Positions 25,276 through 33,888 of a stretch of 64,000 nt of DNA are shown here, piece by piece. Source of the DNA: Burkholderiales bacterium (GTDB lineage Bacteria > Pseudomonadota > Gammaproteobacteria > Burkholderiales > SG8-39); assembly GCA_023383795.1 (NCBI GenBank), contig JAHDYJ010000008.1:3582-67581 (forward strand), in the 5' to 3' direction. A program made the translations under genes and the position numbers. Position 1 is the first letter of the stretch. The number at the start of each line of letters is the position of its first letter. The notes under the pieces are model-generated. The model ran no database searches. It worked only from the letters and a program-made list of their open reading frames with translations, and was not told the origin of the DNA.

Positions 25276-25476
25276 GCGAGGTCTCCCTCGATGGCGACCG
25301 GCTAGCTTCGCGCATCTCCGATCCGCCGGTCAAGTGCTCGGCCGCGCCGCGCACGGAACGTGAATTCGTCACAAAGTCGCAGTGAAGTGGTTCGCCGAGA
25401 TCGCGCGCGGGACGGTTCAGAGTGCTCCTCACCGGGCGGGCGATTCGCGCCGGCCCTCGGACCAAAGGAGGCTCTG

Positions 25477-25764
25477 ATGACCGCAATCCGTGGAACCGCC
25501 TCCCAGCGAGGCTCTTCAAGGGTGCCCCAGCTGGCGCTCAAGGCCGTCGTCGTCATCGCATTCGGGGTCGCGCTCGTCGCCCTCGCCCGCGGGCCGGTGA
25601 CCGTGGGCGGCAGCGCGCTCGCGCCCGCCGCCGCGACCGGGCAGCCCGCCGGGAAGGGTGCTCCCCAGGAGGCGCAGAGCGGTGCGCCCGAGCAGGTGCG
25701 CTACTTCCCGCGCGAGTTCCCCGACGTGGGCGGCGATCCGGCGCCGGTCTACGACACGTTCTGA
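25477..25764 (+). CDS. Small hypothetical single-pass membrane protein, divergent from the CHAT operon
   Basis: The ATG at 25477 is preceded by AAAGGAGG. 95 aa with one TM (LALKAVVVIAFGVALVALA). No family assignment. Confidence 0.45.
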   Translation: MTAIRGTASQRGSSRVPQLALKAVVVIAFGVALVALARGPVTVGGSALAPAAATGQPAGKGAPQEAQSGAPEQVRYFPREFPDVGGDPAPVYDTF

Positions 25765-25917
25765 GAAACGCGCGAGGTGCCTGAGCGCTGACGACCTGGA
25801 CAGCTCCGCGCCGCGTGCTCCTCCGGCACGGAGCGTTTTCCGGCCCTTCGCCGGGCGCCCGGGCGCACCGCCCGCGGCGTCCGCCGCAGGGCCCTTTTCT
25901 TGCGGGTACGCGGCCGG

Positions 25918-27018
25918 TCAGGGCGCCGGCTGCGCCGCGGTCTCCTCGGCGAGCGCCGCGAGCTGCTCGGCCTGGTGCTCGGCGGCGAGCGCGCCGGTGA
26001 GCTCGTCGAGGTCGCCGTCCATGATCGCCTGGATCTTGTAGAGCGTCAGGTTGACGCGGTGGTCGGTGACGCGGCCCTGCGGGAAGTTGTAGGTGCGGAT
26101 GCGCTCGGACCGGTCGCCGCTGCCGATCAGGCTCTTGCGCGTGGCCGCCGTCTTCGCCGCCTGCTCGCGCATCTGCTTGTCGCGGATGCGCGCGGCGAGC
26201 ACCGACATCGCCCGCTCCTTGTTCTTGTGCTGCGAGCGCGCGTCCTGGCACTCGACCACGATGCCGGTGGGCAGGTGCGTGATGCGGATCGCCGACTCGG
26301 TCTTGTTCACGTGCTGGCCGCCGGCGCCGGAGGCGCGGAACGTGTCGATCTTGAGATCGGCCGGGTTCAGATCCACCTCGCTCACCTCGTCGACCTCCGG
26401 CATCACCGCGACGGTCGCCGCGGAGGTGTGGATGCGCCCCTGCGTCTCGGTCTCCGGCACGCGCTGCACGCGGTGCCCGCCCGACTCGAACTTGAGCTTG
26501 GAGTACGCGCCGCGGCCGATGACGCGCGCGATCACCTCCTTGTAGCCGCCGAGGTCCGAGGGGCTCTCGGAGATGATCTCGACCGTCCAGCGCTTGCGCT
26601 CGGCATAGCGCGAGTACATGCGGAAGAGATCGCCGGCGAAGAGCGCCGACTCCTCGCCGCCGGTGCCGGCGCGGATCTCGAGGAAGATGTTGCGCTCGTC
26701 GTTCGGATCCCTCGGCAGGAGCAGCTTCTGGAGCTCGGCCTCGAGCTCCGCGAGGCGCGCGTTGCCCTCCTCGATCTCGGGCTCGGCGAGCGCGCGCATC
26801 TCGGCGTCGGCGAGCATCTCCTTCGCGCCCGCGATATCGCGCTCGGTCTGACGGTAGCGGTTGTAGAGATCGACGATCGGCGCGAGCTCGGCATGCTCGC
26901 GCGACAGGCGGCGGAACGAATCCATGTCGCGCGTGGCGGCCTCGGACGCGAGCAGCCCGTCGAGTTCCGCGAGCCGCCGGCGGAGCTGTTCGAGCTTGGC
27001 GGCGATGCTGGGTTTCAT
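25918..27018 (-). CDS. prfA: Peptide chain release factor 1
   Basis: 366 aa with [20 protein letters not shown] (GGQ motif) and the RF-1 PxT region. Confidence 0.97.
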   Translation of the reverse strand: MKPSIAAKLEQLRRRLAELDGLLASEAATRDMDSFRRLSREHAELAPIVDLYNRYRQTERDIAGAKEMLADAEMRALAEPEIEEGNARLAELEAELQKLLLPRDPNDERNIFLEIRAGTGGEESALFAGDLFRMYSRYAERKRWTVEIISESPSDLGGYKEVIARVIGRGAYSKLKFESGGHRVQRVPETETQGRIHTSAATVAVMPEVDEVSEVDLNPADLKIDTFRASGAGGQHVNKTESAIRITHLPTGIVVECQDARSQHKNKERAMSVLAARIRDKQMREQAAKTAATRKSLIGSGDRSERIRTYNFPQGRVTDHRVNLTLYKIQAIMDGDLDELTGALAAEHQAEQLAALAEETAAQPAP

Positions 27019-27129
27019 GACCGGAAGGTTCCAGAGTGTCTCACCGGACGCGCGGCTGCGGGCGGGAATGCTGAGCGCCGGGCTGGATTCCCGCTTGCGC
27101 GGGAACGACGGTCCCGCCGCGATCGGCCC

Positions 27130-28383
27130 CTAGGCGCCGGAGCGCAGGCGGTAGATGCGCGACAGGACCTCGCGCGCGCGCACACGCTCCTCGGCGTCCG
27201 CCTCGTGCAGCGCCTGCGTCGGCGCGTGCAGCAGCTTGTTGGTGAGGCCGTGCGAGAGCGCCTCGAGCACCTGGCGCGGATCCTCGCCGCGCGCGAGCAT
27301 GCGCAGCGCGCGCTCGATCTCGTGCCGGCGCGCGGCCTCGCCCTGCTCGCGCAGGCTGCAGATGAGCGGCACCTGCTCGCGCCCCTCCATCCAGTGCAGG
27401 AAGTTGCCGACCTGCGTGTCGATGATCGCCTCGGCCTGCGCGACGTGCGACTGCCGCTCGTCGATGCCGGTGCGCACGACCTGCGCGAGGTCGTCGACCG
27501 TGTACAGGTAGACGTCGTCGAGCTCGCCGACTTCCGGCTCGATGTCGCGCGGCACCGCGAGATCGACCATGAAGACCGGCTGGTGGCGCCGCGCCTTGAT
27601 GACCCGCTCCATCGTGCCCTTCCCGAGGATCGGCAGCGAGCTCGCGGTGCAGGAGATCACGATATCGTGCTCGGGCAGCTGCTCCGGCAGGTCGCGCAGC
27701 AGCACCGCGTACCCGCTGAAGCGATGCGCGACCGACTGGGCGCGCTCGAGCGTGCGGTTGGCCACGGTGATCGCGCGCGGCATCTGCGCCGCGAAGTGCG
27801 TCGCGCAGAGCTCGATCATCTCGCCGGCGCCGATGAGGAGCACCCGGCAGTCGCGCAGCGAGGGGAAGATCCGGCCCGCGAGGCGCACCGCCGCGGCCGC
27901 CATCGAGACGACGTTGGTCCCGATGCGAGTGTTCGTCCGGACCTCCTTCGCCACGGCGAACGAGCGCTGGAACAGGCGCGACAGCGTGGCGCCGAGCGCG
28001 CCCGCCTCGGCCGCCATGCGCGCGGCGTCCTTCATCTGGCCGAGGATCTGCGGCTCCCCCAGCACCATCGAATCGAGCCCGGCGGCCACGCGGAACGCGT
28101 GCCGCACGGCCTGCTCCCGCGGGAGCGTGTACAGGAACGGCCGCAGCTCGTTCTGCGGCAGCCCGTGATGGCCGGCGAGCCACGCCAGCGCCTCGCGCGG
28201 CTCGCCCGCCGCGCAGTAGAGCTCGGTGCGGTTGCAGGTCGACAGGATCGCCGCCTCCTCGGCGGGCCGCGAGCGCACGATCTCCTGCAGCGCGCCGCGC
28301 AGGCCTTCGGGCGTGAAGGCGATCCGCTCGCGGATCGCGAGTGGCGCGCTCTGGTGGTTCAGGCCGAGGGCGAAGAGCTGCAT
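27130..28383 (-). CDS. hemA: Glutamyl-tRNA reductase
   Basis: The ATG at 28383 ([23 protein letters not shown]) within track ORF 27130..28413. Catalytic [11 protein letters not shown] and the NADPH site LLIGAGEM are present. Confidence 0.95.
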   Translation of the reverse strand: MQLFALGLNHQSAPLAIRERIAFTPEGLRGALQEIVRSRPAEEAAILSTCNRTELYCAAGEPREALAWLAGHHGLPQNELRPFLYTLPREQAVRHAFRVAAGLDSMVLGEPQILGQMKDAARMAAEAGALGATLSRLFQRSFAVAKEVRTNTRIGTNVVSMAAAAVRLAGRIFPSLRDCRVLLIGAGEMIELCATHFAAQMPRAITVANRTLERAQSVAHRFSGYAVLLRDLPEQLPEHDIVISCTASSLPILGKGTMERVIKARRHQPVFMVDLAVPRDIEPEVGELDDVYLYTVDDLAQVVRTGIDERQSHVAQAEAIIDTQVGNFLHWMEGREQVPLICSLREQGEAARRHEIERALRMLARGEDPRQVLEALSHGLTNKLLHAPTQALHEADAEERVRAREVLSRIYRLRSGA

Positions 28384-28480
28384 GGGTCCGGTTCCGCCCG
28401 AAATTATAGCCAAGCCGGGCGCGTGCGCCCCTTGCGGTGGATCAAGCCCACCGGGCGCCCCGCGGCGCCCGCCGCGCCGC

Positions 28481-29263
28481 CTACGGCGCGGTCCCGTCCG
28501 GCGGGCCCTCGCCGGGGACCTGCTTGCGCAGCTTGACCGGCTCGGTCCGCCGGGCGAGCCGGGCGCGGAGGCGCAGGTTCAGGAACTCGACCCCGACCGA
28601 GAAGGCCATCGCGAAGTAGATGTAGCCCTTCGGCACGTGGAGCTCCCAGCCCTCGACCACCAGCGTGAACCCGATCAGGATCAGGAACGCGAGCGCGAGC
28701 ATCCTGACGGTCGGGTGCCGCTCGACGAACTCGCCGATCGGCTTCGCCGAGAACATCATGACGCCGACCGCGACCACGATCGCGATCACCATGATCGAGA
28801 GCTGGTCCACCAGCCCGACCGCGGTGATCACCGAGTCGAGCGAGAACACGATGTCGATGATCGCGATCTGCGCCAGCACGCCGCCGAAGGTCGCGCGCAC
28901 CACGGCGCCGGCGCGCGCGTCCGCCTCGCCCTCGAGGGCGTTGTGGATCTCGTGCACGCTCTTCCACAGCAGGAACAGCCCGCCGCCGATCAGGATCAGG
29001 TCGCGCCCGGAGAGCTCGTTGCCGAACAGCTCGAAGAGCGGCGCGGTCAGTCTCATCATCCACGTCAGCGAGAACAGCAGCAGGATGCGCGTGCCCATGG
29101 CGAGCGCGAGCCCCATCACGCGCGCCTTGTTGCGCTGCGCCTCGGGCAGGCGCGCGACCAGGATCGAGATGAAGATGATGTTGTCGACGCCGAGGACGAT
29201 CTCGAGCGCGGTCAGCGTCGCGAGCGCGATCCACGCCTGCGGGTCGGCGAGCCACTCGATCAT
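28481..29263 (-). CDS. TerC-family integral membrane protein
   Basis: The internal ATG at 29263 of track ORF 28481..29641 gives 260 aa. [35 protein letters not shown]... has the two TerC DN-containing repeats (GVDNIIF / [10 protein letters not shown]). The start overlaps the kinase stop as ATGA. Confidence 0.9.
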   Translation of the reverse strand: MIEWLADPQAWIALATLTALEIVLGVDNIIFISILVARLPEAQRNKARVMGLALAMGTRILLLFSLTWMMRLTAPLFELFGNELSGRDLILIGGGLFLLWKSVHEIHNALEGEADARAGAVVRATFGGVLAQIAIIDIVFSLDSVITAVGLVDQLSIMVIAIVVAVGVMMFSAKPIGEFVERHPTVRMLALAFLILIGFTLVVEGWELHVPKGYIYFAMAFSVGVEFLNLRLRARLARRTEPVKLRKQVPGEGPPDGTAP

Positions 29264-30897
29264 CGCTTGGCGCTCACGAGCCCGAGGAAGTCGCTCGGCT
29301 GCCCGAGCAGATGGCTTGCGAACTGCTCGAACACGGCGTCCCCGGCCGACTTGGCGTCGACGACGAAGCTCTGGCTGCCGAACGCGCCGACGTTCTTGCA
29401 CAGGAACGCGAGGCGGCCGCGCTCGCGGTCGGCCATCACCCGCGCATAGACCGTGATCTCGCCGGCCACCTCGCCGGTCACCGGACCGGCGCCCGCGCCG
29501 TTGCCGGCCTCGTCCGACGAATAGCGCAGGTTGGCCGCGGTGAGCCTGTCGACCAGGGCCTGCATCTCGGCGCCCGGCAGCTCGAAGCGAAGCGTCGTGG
29601 GCGACACGCACACCACGGTCAGGGTGATCACGTCCATCCACGGCCGGCCCTCGGCGCGGCGCAGCTTGCTGTCGACGAACGCATCGGCGATCCTGGGCCG
29701 CGCGAAGCTGCCCAGGCCATCGAGGGCGTACGCGTGGCCGAGCTCCGGCTTGACGATGCCGAGGTAGCGCACCAGCTCCTCGAAGTAGGTCAGGCCGGCG
29801 CGCATCTTGCGCTCGACGTCGAGCGCGAGCATCAGCGTCTTGGCGCTGTACTCGTCGGTCGAGCCCTCCTGCTCGAGCGCCTCCGCCTGGCCCTTCAGGC
29901 GCTCGAGCAGGCCCCCGCCCGCCCGGGCGGCGGCCTTCGGCGCGGGCGCCGCGCGCTTGGGCGCCGGCGCGGCGGCCGCCCCCCCGCCGGCCCCGAACAG
30001 GTCGAACTCGGGCAGCACGAACTCCTCGGTCTGCGCGAGCTTCGCGATGTCGGGCTCCCCTTCCTTCGGCCTCAGCTCGCTCTGCAGCGCCCGGCGCAGG
30101 GCCTCGGCGAGCGCCTCCGCGGTCGGATAGCGCTCGTCCGGGTTCTTGCGCAGTGCGCGCTCGACGATGGCGTCGAGCGCGGCCGGCACCTCCGGGTTGA
30201 CGCGGCTCGGCGGCTCGGCCTGCTTGGCGACGATGTTCTGCATCAGCGTGAGGAAGTCCTCGGGCCGCGCGGCGTCGAAGGGCGCCACGCCGGTGACGAG
30301 CTCGTAGAGGACGATCCCGAGCGAGAACACGTCGCTGCGGCCGTCGGCCTTCCGGCCCGAGACCTGCTCGGGCGACATGTACCGCGGGGAGCCGATCACC
30401 ACGCCGGTGCGCGTGCGCGACGTCTGGTCGATGCGCGCGATGCCGAAGTCGGTGATCTTCACCAGGCCCTGCTTGGTGAGCATCAGGTTCCCCGGCTTGA
30501 CGTCGCGGTGGACCACGCCCTGGCGGTGCGCGAAGCCGAGCGCGTCGGCGGTCTGCAGCACGATCTGCGCGGCGGTCGCGAGCGGGATCCTCTCGCCGCG
30601 GTCGAGAACGTCCTTGAGCGAGCGGCCCTCGAGCAGCTCCATCACGATGTAGGCGGTGTCCTCGAACTCGCCCACGTCGTAGATCGTGACGATGCAGGGA
30701 TGGCTCAGCCGGCCGGCGGCCTTCGCCTCGCGCAGGAAGCGGCGCCGCGGCTCCGCGCTGCCGTCCTGGATCTGCAGCGCGTTGATGGTCTTGACCGCGA
30801 CCGTGCGTTCGATCATCGGATCGGACGCCTTGAAGACCGTGCCCATCGAGCCGCGCCCGATCTCCTCCTGCAGCACGTAGCGTCCGAGCGTCCTCAT
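29260..30897 (-). CDS. Ser/Thr protein kinase (Hanks type) with an unassigned roughly 250-aa C-terminal domain
   Basis: The internal ATG at 30897 of track ORF 29260..32364 gives 545 aa. Kinase motifs GRGSMGTVFKA, VAVK, HRDVKPGN, DFGIA and SPRYMSPE are present. No TM segment is evident. Confidence 0.9.
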   Translation of the reverse strand: MRTLGRYVLQEEIGRGSMGTVFKASDPMIERTVAVKTINALQIQDGSAEPRRRFLREAKAAGRLSHPCIVTIYDVGEFEDTAYIVMELLEGRSLKDVLDRGERIPLATAAQIVLQTADALGFAHRQGVVHRDVKPGNLMLTKQGLVKITDFGIARIDQTSRTRTGVVIGSPRYMSPEQVSGRKADGRSDVFSLGIVLYELVTGVAPFDAARPEDFLTLMQNIVAKQAEPPSRVNPEVPAALDAIVERALRKNPDERYPTAEALAEALRRALQSELRPKEGEPDIAKLAQTEEFVLPEFDLFGAGGGAAAAPAPKRAAPAPKAAARAGGGLLERLKGQAEALEQEGSTDEYSAKTLMLALDVERKMRAGLTYFEELVRYLGIVKPELGHAYALDGLGSFARPRIADAFVDSKLRRAEGRPWMDVITLTVVCVSPTTLRFELPGAEMQALVDRLTAANLRYSSDEAGNGAGAGPVTGEVAGEITVYARVMADRERGRLAFLCKNVGAFGSQSFVVDAKSAGDAVFEQFASHLLGQPSDFLGLVSAKR

Positions 30898-31197
30898 TCT
30901 CGTCTGTTCGATGACCGGGCGGCCAGTGTTCGTTGGTGCTCGCCCCCGGGGTGATCCGGCATCGCGGCGACTCCCCTCGGGCATTCTACCGGGGGTGCAA
31001 AATACCTTCTTGCCGGTTCGCTGAAATGGAATCTTGACGCGCGCCGCGGCAGTAGTCATACCGCCCGCGATCTTCCGCCGCCCGTCCCTCGGCGAGCTGC
31101 ATTCCGGGGCCGCCCGGCTGCGATGACGGTCCACCGAAAGCTCTCTACAATCGGGCGCGTTGAGGCAGCGCGCGAAAGGGAGGAGCGGGTGGCCAGG

Positions 31198-32469
31198 ATG
31201 ACGCCGTCGGATGACGTCATGGACATAGTGGTGCGCGGCGCGTGTCTGGCGGAACGTCCCGGCCGGTGGGACATCGGTGTTCGCGCCGGCCGGATCGCCG
31301 ACATCGCTCACCGCATCGGCGCCCGCGCGGCAACCGAACTCGATGCCGCAGGACGCTTGGCCGCGCCGACCTACGTGAACGGCCACGTGCACCTCGACAA
31401 GTGCAACCTGGGCGACGTCATGCGTCCGAACCGGACCAACAGCTTCCAGGAGTGCCTCGAGATCACGTGGGAGCACAAGCGCGGCTACACGGTCGAGGAC
31501 CTGCTCGAGCGCGCCGGCCGCGCGATCGAGGAGGGCATCCTGAACGGGACGACCGTCTTCCGGGTCTTCGCCGACGTCGACACGATCGGCGGGCTGCGCC
31601 CGCTCGAGGGCATGCTCGCGCTGCGCGCGAAGTGGCGGGACGTCGTTCACATCCAGGTGGTCGACTTTCCGCAGGAGGCCATCATCCGCGACCGCGGCAC
31701 CTTCGAGCTGATGGACGAGGGCATGCGCATGGGCGCGGACGTCGTCGGCGGGCTGCCGTGGCACGAGCACGTCGACGAGGACGCGCGGCGCCACATCGAT
31801 CTGTGCTTCGACCTGGCGAAGAAGTACGACAAGGACGTGCACATGCTGGTCGACGACACCGACAATCCGAACAGCCGGTCGCTCGAGTATCTGGCCGTCA
31901 AGACGCTGCGCGAGGACTTCCAGGGGCGCGTGTCGGCGAGCCACTGCGGCGCGCTCGCCGCCTACGACGAGGTGCATGCGCAGAAGGTGATGGCGCTGGT
32001 GAAGGAAGCCGGCATCTCGATCACGTCGAATCCGCACATCAGCCTGGTCGCACAGGGCCGCCACGACCGCGAGCCGATCCGCCGCGGCATCACGCGCGTC
32101 AAGCAGCTGTGGCGCATGGGTGTCAACGTCTTCTCGGGCCAGGACGACGTGAATGATCCGTACTACCCGTTCGGCCGCAACGACCAGCAGGAAGTCGCGT
32201 CGATCATGTGCCACAGCTGCCACATGACCTACCCGGACGAGATCCGCGCGGTATTCGAGTTCGTCACCGGAAACGCCGCGCGCGCGCTGCGGCTCGAGGA
32301 TTACGGGCTGGAGGTCGGGTGCCGCGCCGACTTCAACGTGCTGGCCGCGCCGACGATCCAGCACGTGCTGCGGCTGCAGCAGCCGCCGCGCTGGGTCGTC
32401 CGGGACGGCCGCGTGCTCGCGACGAACGAGCTGAAGCGCACGTTCGACGACGCCGGTCGCGCGCGATGA
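31198..32469 (+). CDS. Metal-dependent amidohydrolase, cytosine deaminase / AtzC-like subgroup
   Basis: Track ORF 31123..32469; the ATG at 31198 follows GGGAGGAG. N-terminal beta-sandwich then VNGHVHLDK (HxH metal site). Length is about 420 aa. Start uncertain (GTG at 31189 possible). Confidence 0.8.
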   Translation: MTPSDDVMDIVVRGACLAERPGRWDIGVRAGRIADIAHRIGARAATELDAAGRLAAPTYVNGHVHLDKCNLGDVMRPNRTNSFQECLEITWEHKRGYTVEDLLERAGRAIEEGILNGTTVFRVFADVDTIGGLRPLEGMLALRAKWRDVVHIQVVDFPQEAIIRDRGTFELMDEGMRMGADVVGGLPWHEHVDEDARRHIDLCFDLAKKYDKDVHMLVDDTDNPNSRSLEYLAVKTLREDFQGRVSASHCGALAAYDEVHAQKVMALVKEAGISITSNPHISLVAQGRHDREPIRRGITRVKQLWRMGVNVFSGQDDVNDPYYPFGRNDQQEVASIMCHSCHMTYPDEIRAVFEFVTGNAARALRLEDYGLEVGCRADFNVLAAPTIQHVLRLQQPPRWVVRDGRVLATNELKRTFDDAGRAR

Positions 32470-32497
32470 CCGGGCCTGCGGTGCGGGGGACCCCGCG

Positions 32498-33364
32498 GTG
32501 AAGCCAGCGCCGTTCTCCTACCACGCGCCGAGCACGCTGGACGCGATGCTCGCGCTGCTCGCCGAGGGCGGCGAGGACGGCAAGGTGATCGCCGGCGGGC
32601 AGAGCCTCGTGCCGATGATGAACTTCCGCCTCGCCAGGCCCGCGCGCCTGTTCGATCTCAACGGCGTGGCCGAGCTCGACTTCCTGCGCGCCGAAGGCGG
32701 CTGGCTGCGCATTGGCGCGCTCGCGCGGCACGCCGCCTTCCACCGGCCGCCGTGCGGCGGACCGACCGGCGCGCTGCTCGCCGAGGTCGTGCGCCACATC
32801 GCGCACTACCCGATCCGCCAGCGCGGCACGTTCGCCGGCAGCATCGCGCACGCCGATCCGGCATCCGAATGGTGCCTGGTGGCGGCGACGCTGGGCGCCG
32901 AGATCGTCGCCCGCAGCCGCGCCGGCGAGCGGCGGATCGGGGCCGGGGACTTCTTCCTCGCCAGCCTATCGACCGCGCTGCGGCCCGACGAGCTGATCGT
33001 CGAGGTGCGCCTGCCGATCCTGGACGCAGGCTGGCGCACCGGCTTCTGCGAGTTCTCCCGCCGCGTCGGCGACTTCGGCATCGCAATGACCGCCGTCGCG
33101 CTGCGCGTCGAGTCCGGCGTCGTGCGCGAGGCGCGCATCGGCGTCGGCGGCGTCGAGGATCATCCCGCACGCCAGCCGGCCGCCGAGCAGGCGCTCGTCG
33201 GCCAGCCCGTTGCGGCCCGAGCGTTCGCGGCGGCGGCCGACGCGGTCGCCGGCGCGGTGAGGCCCATGGAGGACCTGCACGCCGACGCCGCGTACCGGCG
33301 CCACCTCGCGCGCACCACCACGCGGCGCGCGCTGGAGCAGGCCTGCGCCGGGTCCGGAAGCTGA
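32498..33364 (+). CDS. FAD-binding medium subunit of a Mo hydroxylase (CoxM/CutM-like)
   Basis: GTG start. MKPAPFSYHAPSTLDAMLALL...VIAGGQSLVPMMNFR (FAD_binding_5) plus the CO_deh_flav_C part. Paralogous to 46085..46957. Confidence 0.9.
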   Translation: MKPAPFSYHAPSTLDAMLALLAEGGEDGKVIAGGQSLVPMMNFRLARPARLFDLNGVAELDFLRAEGGWLRIGALARHAAFHRPPCGGPTGALLAEVVRHIAHYPIRQRGTFAGSIAHADPASEWCLVAATLGAEIVARSRAGERRIGAGDFFLASLSTALRPDELIVEVRLPILDAGWRTGFCEFSRRVGDFGIAMTAVALRVESGVVREARIGVGGVEDHPARQPAAEQALVGQPVAARAFAAAADAVAGAVRPMEDLHADAAYRRHLARTTTRRALEQACAGSGS

Positions 33365-33387
33365 GTCGCGCGAACCGGCTGCAGCGG

Positions 33388-33880
<493 letters not shown>

Positions 33881-33888
<8 letters not shown>

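Noticed and set aside
12669-25917. Mobile-element hallmarks at the borders of the CHAT/TPS block
   Set aside because: I looked for integrase, transposase or recombinase genes, tRNA genes, and terminal inverted or direct repeats at 12.67-13.6 kb and 25.28-25.92 kb. None were found, so no mobile_element feature is called.
28403-28408. Perfect TATAAT (minus strand) 20 nt upstream of the hemA start codon
   Set aside because: It is suggestive in a GC-rich genome, but there is no convincing -35 or extended -10 element, and it would leave a very short leader without an RBS. That is not enough to report as a promoter.
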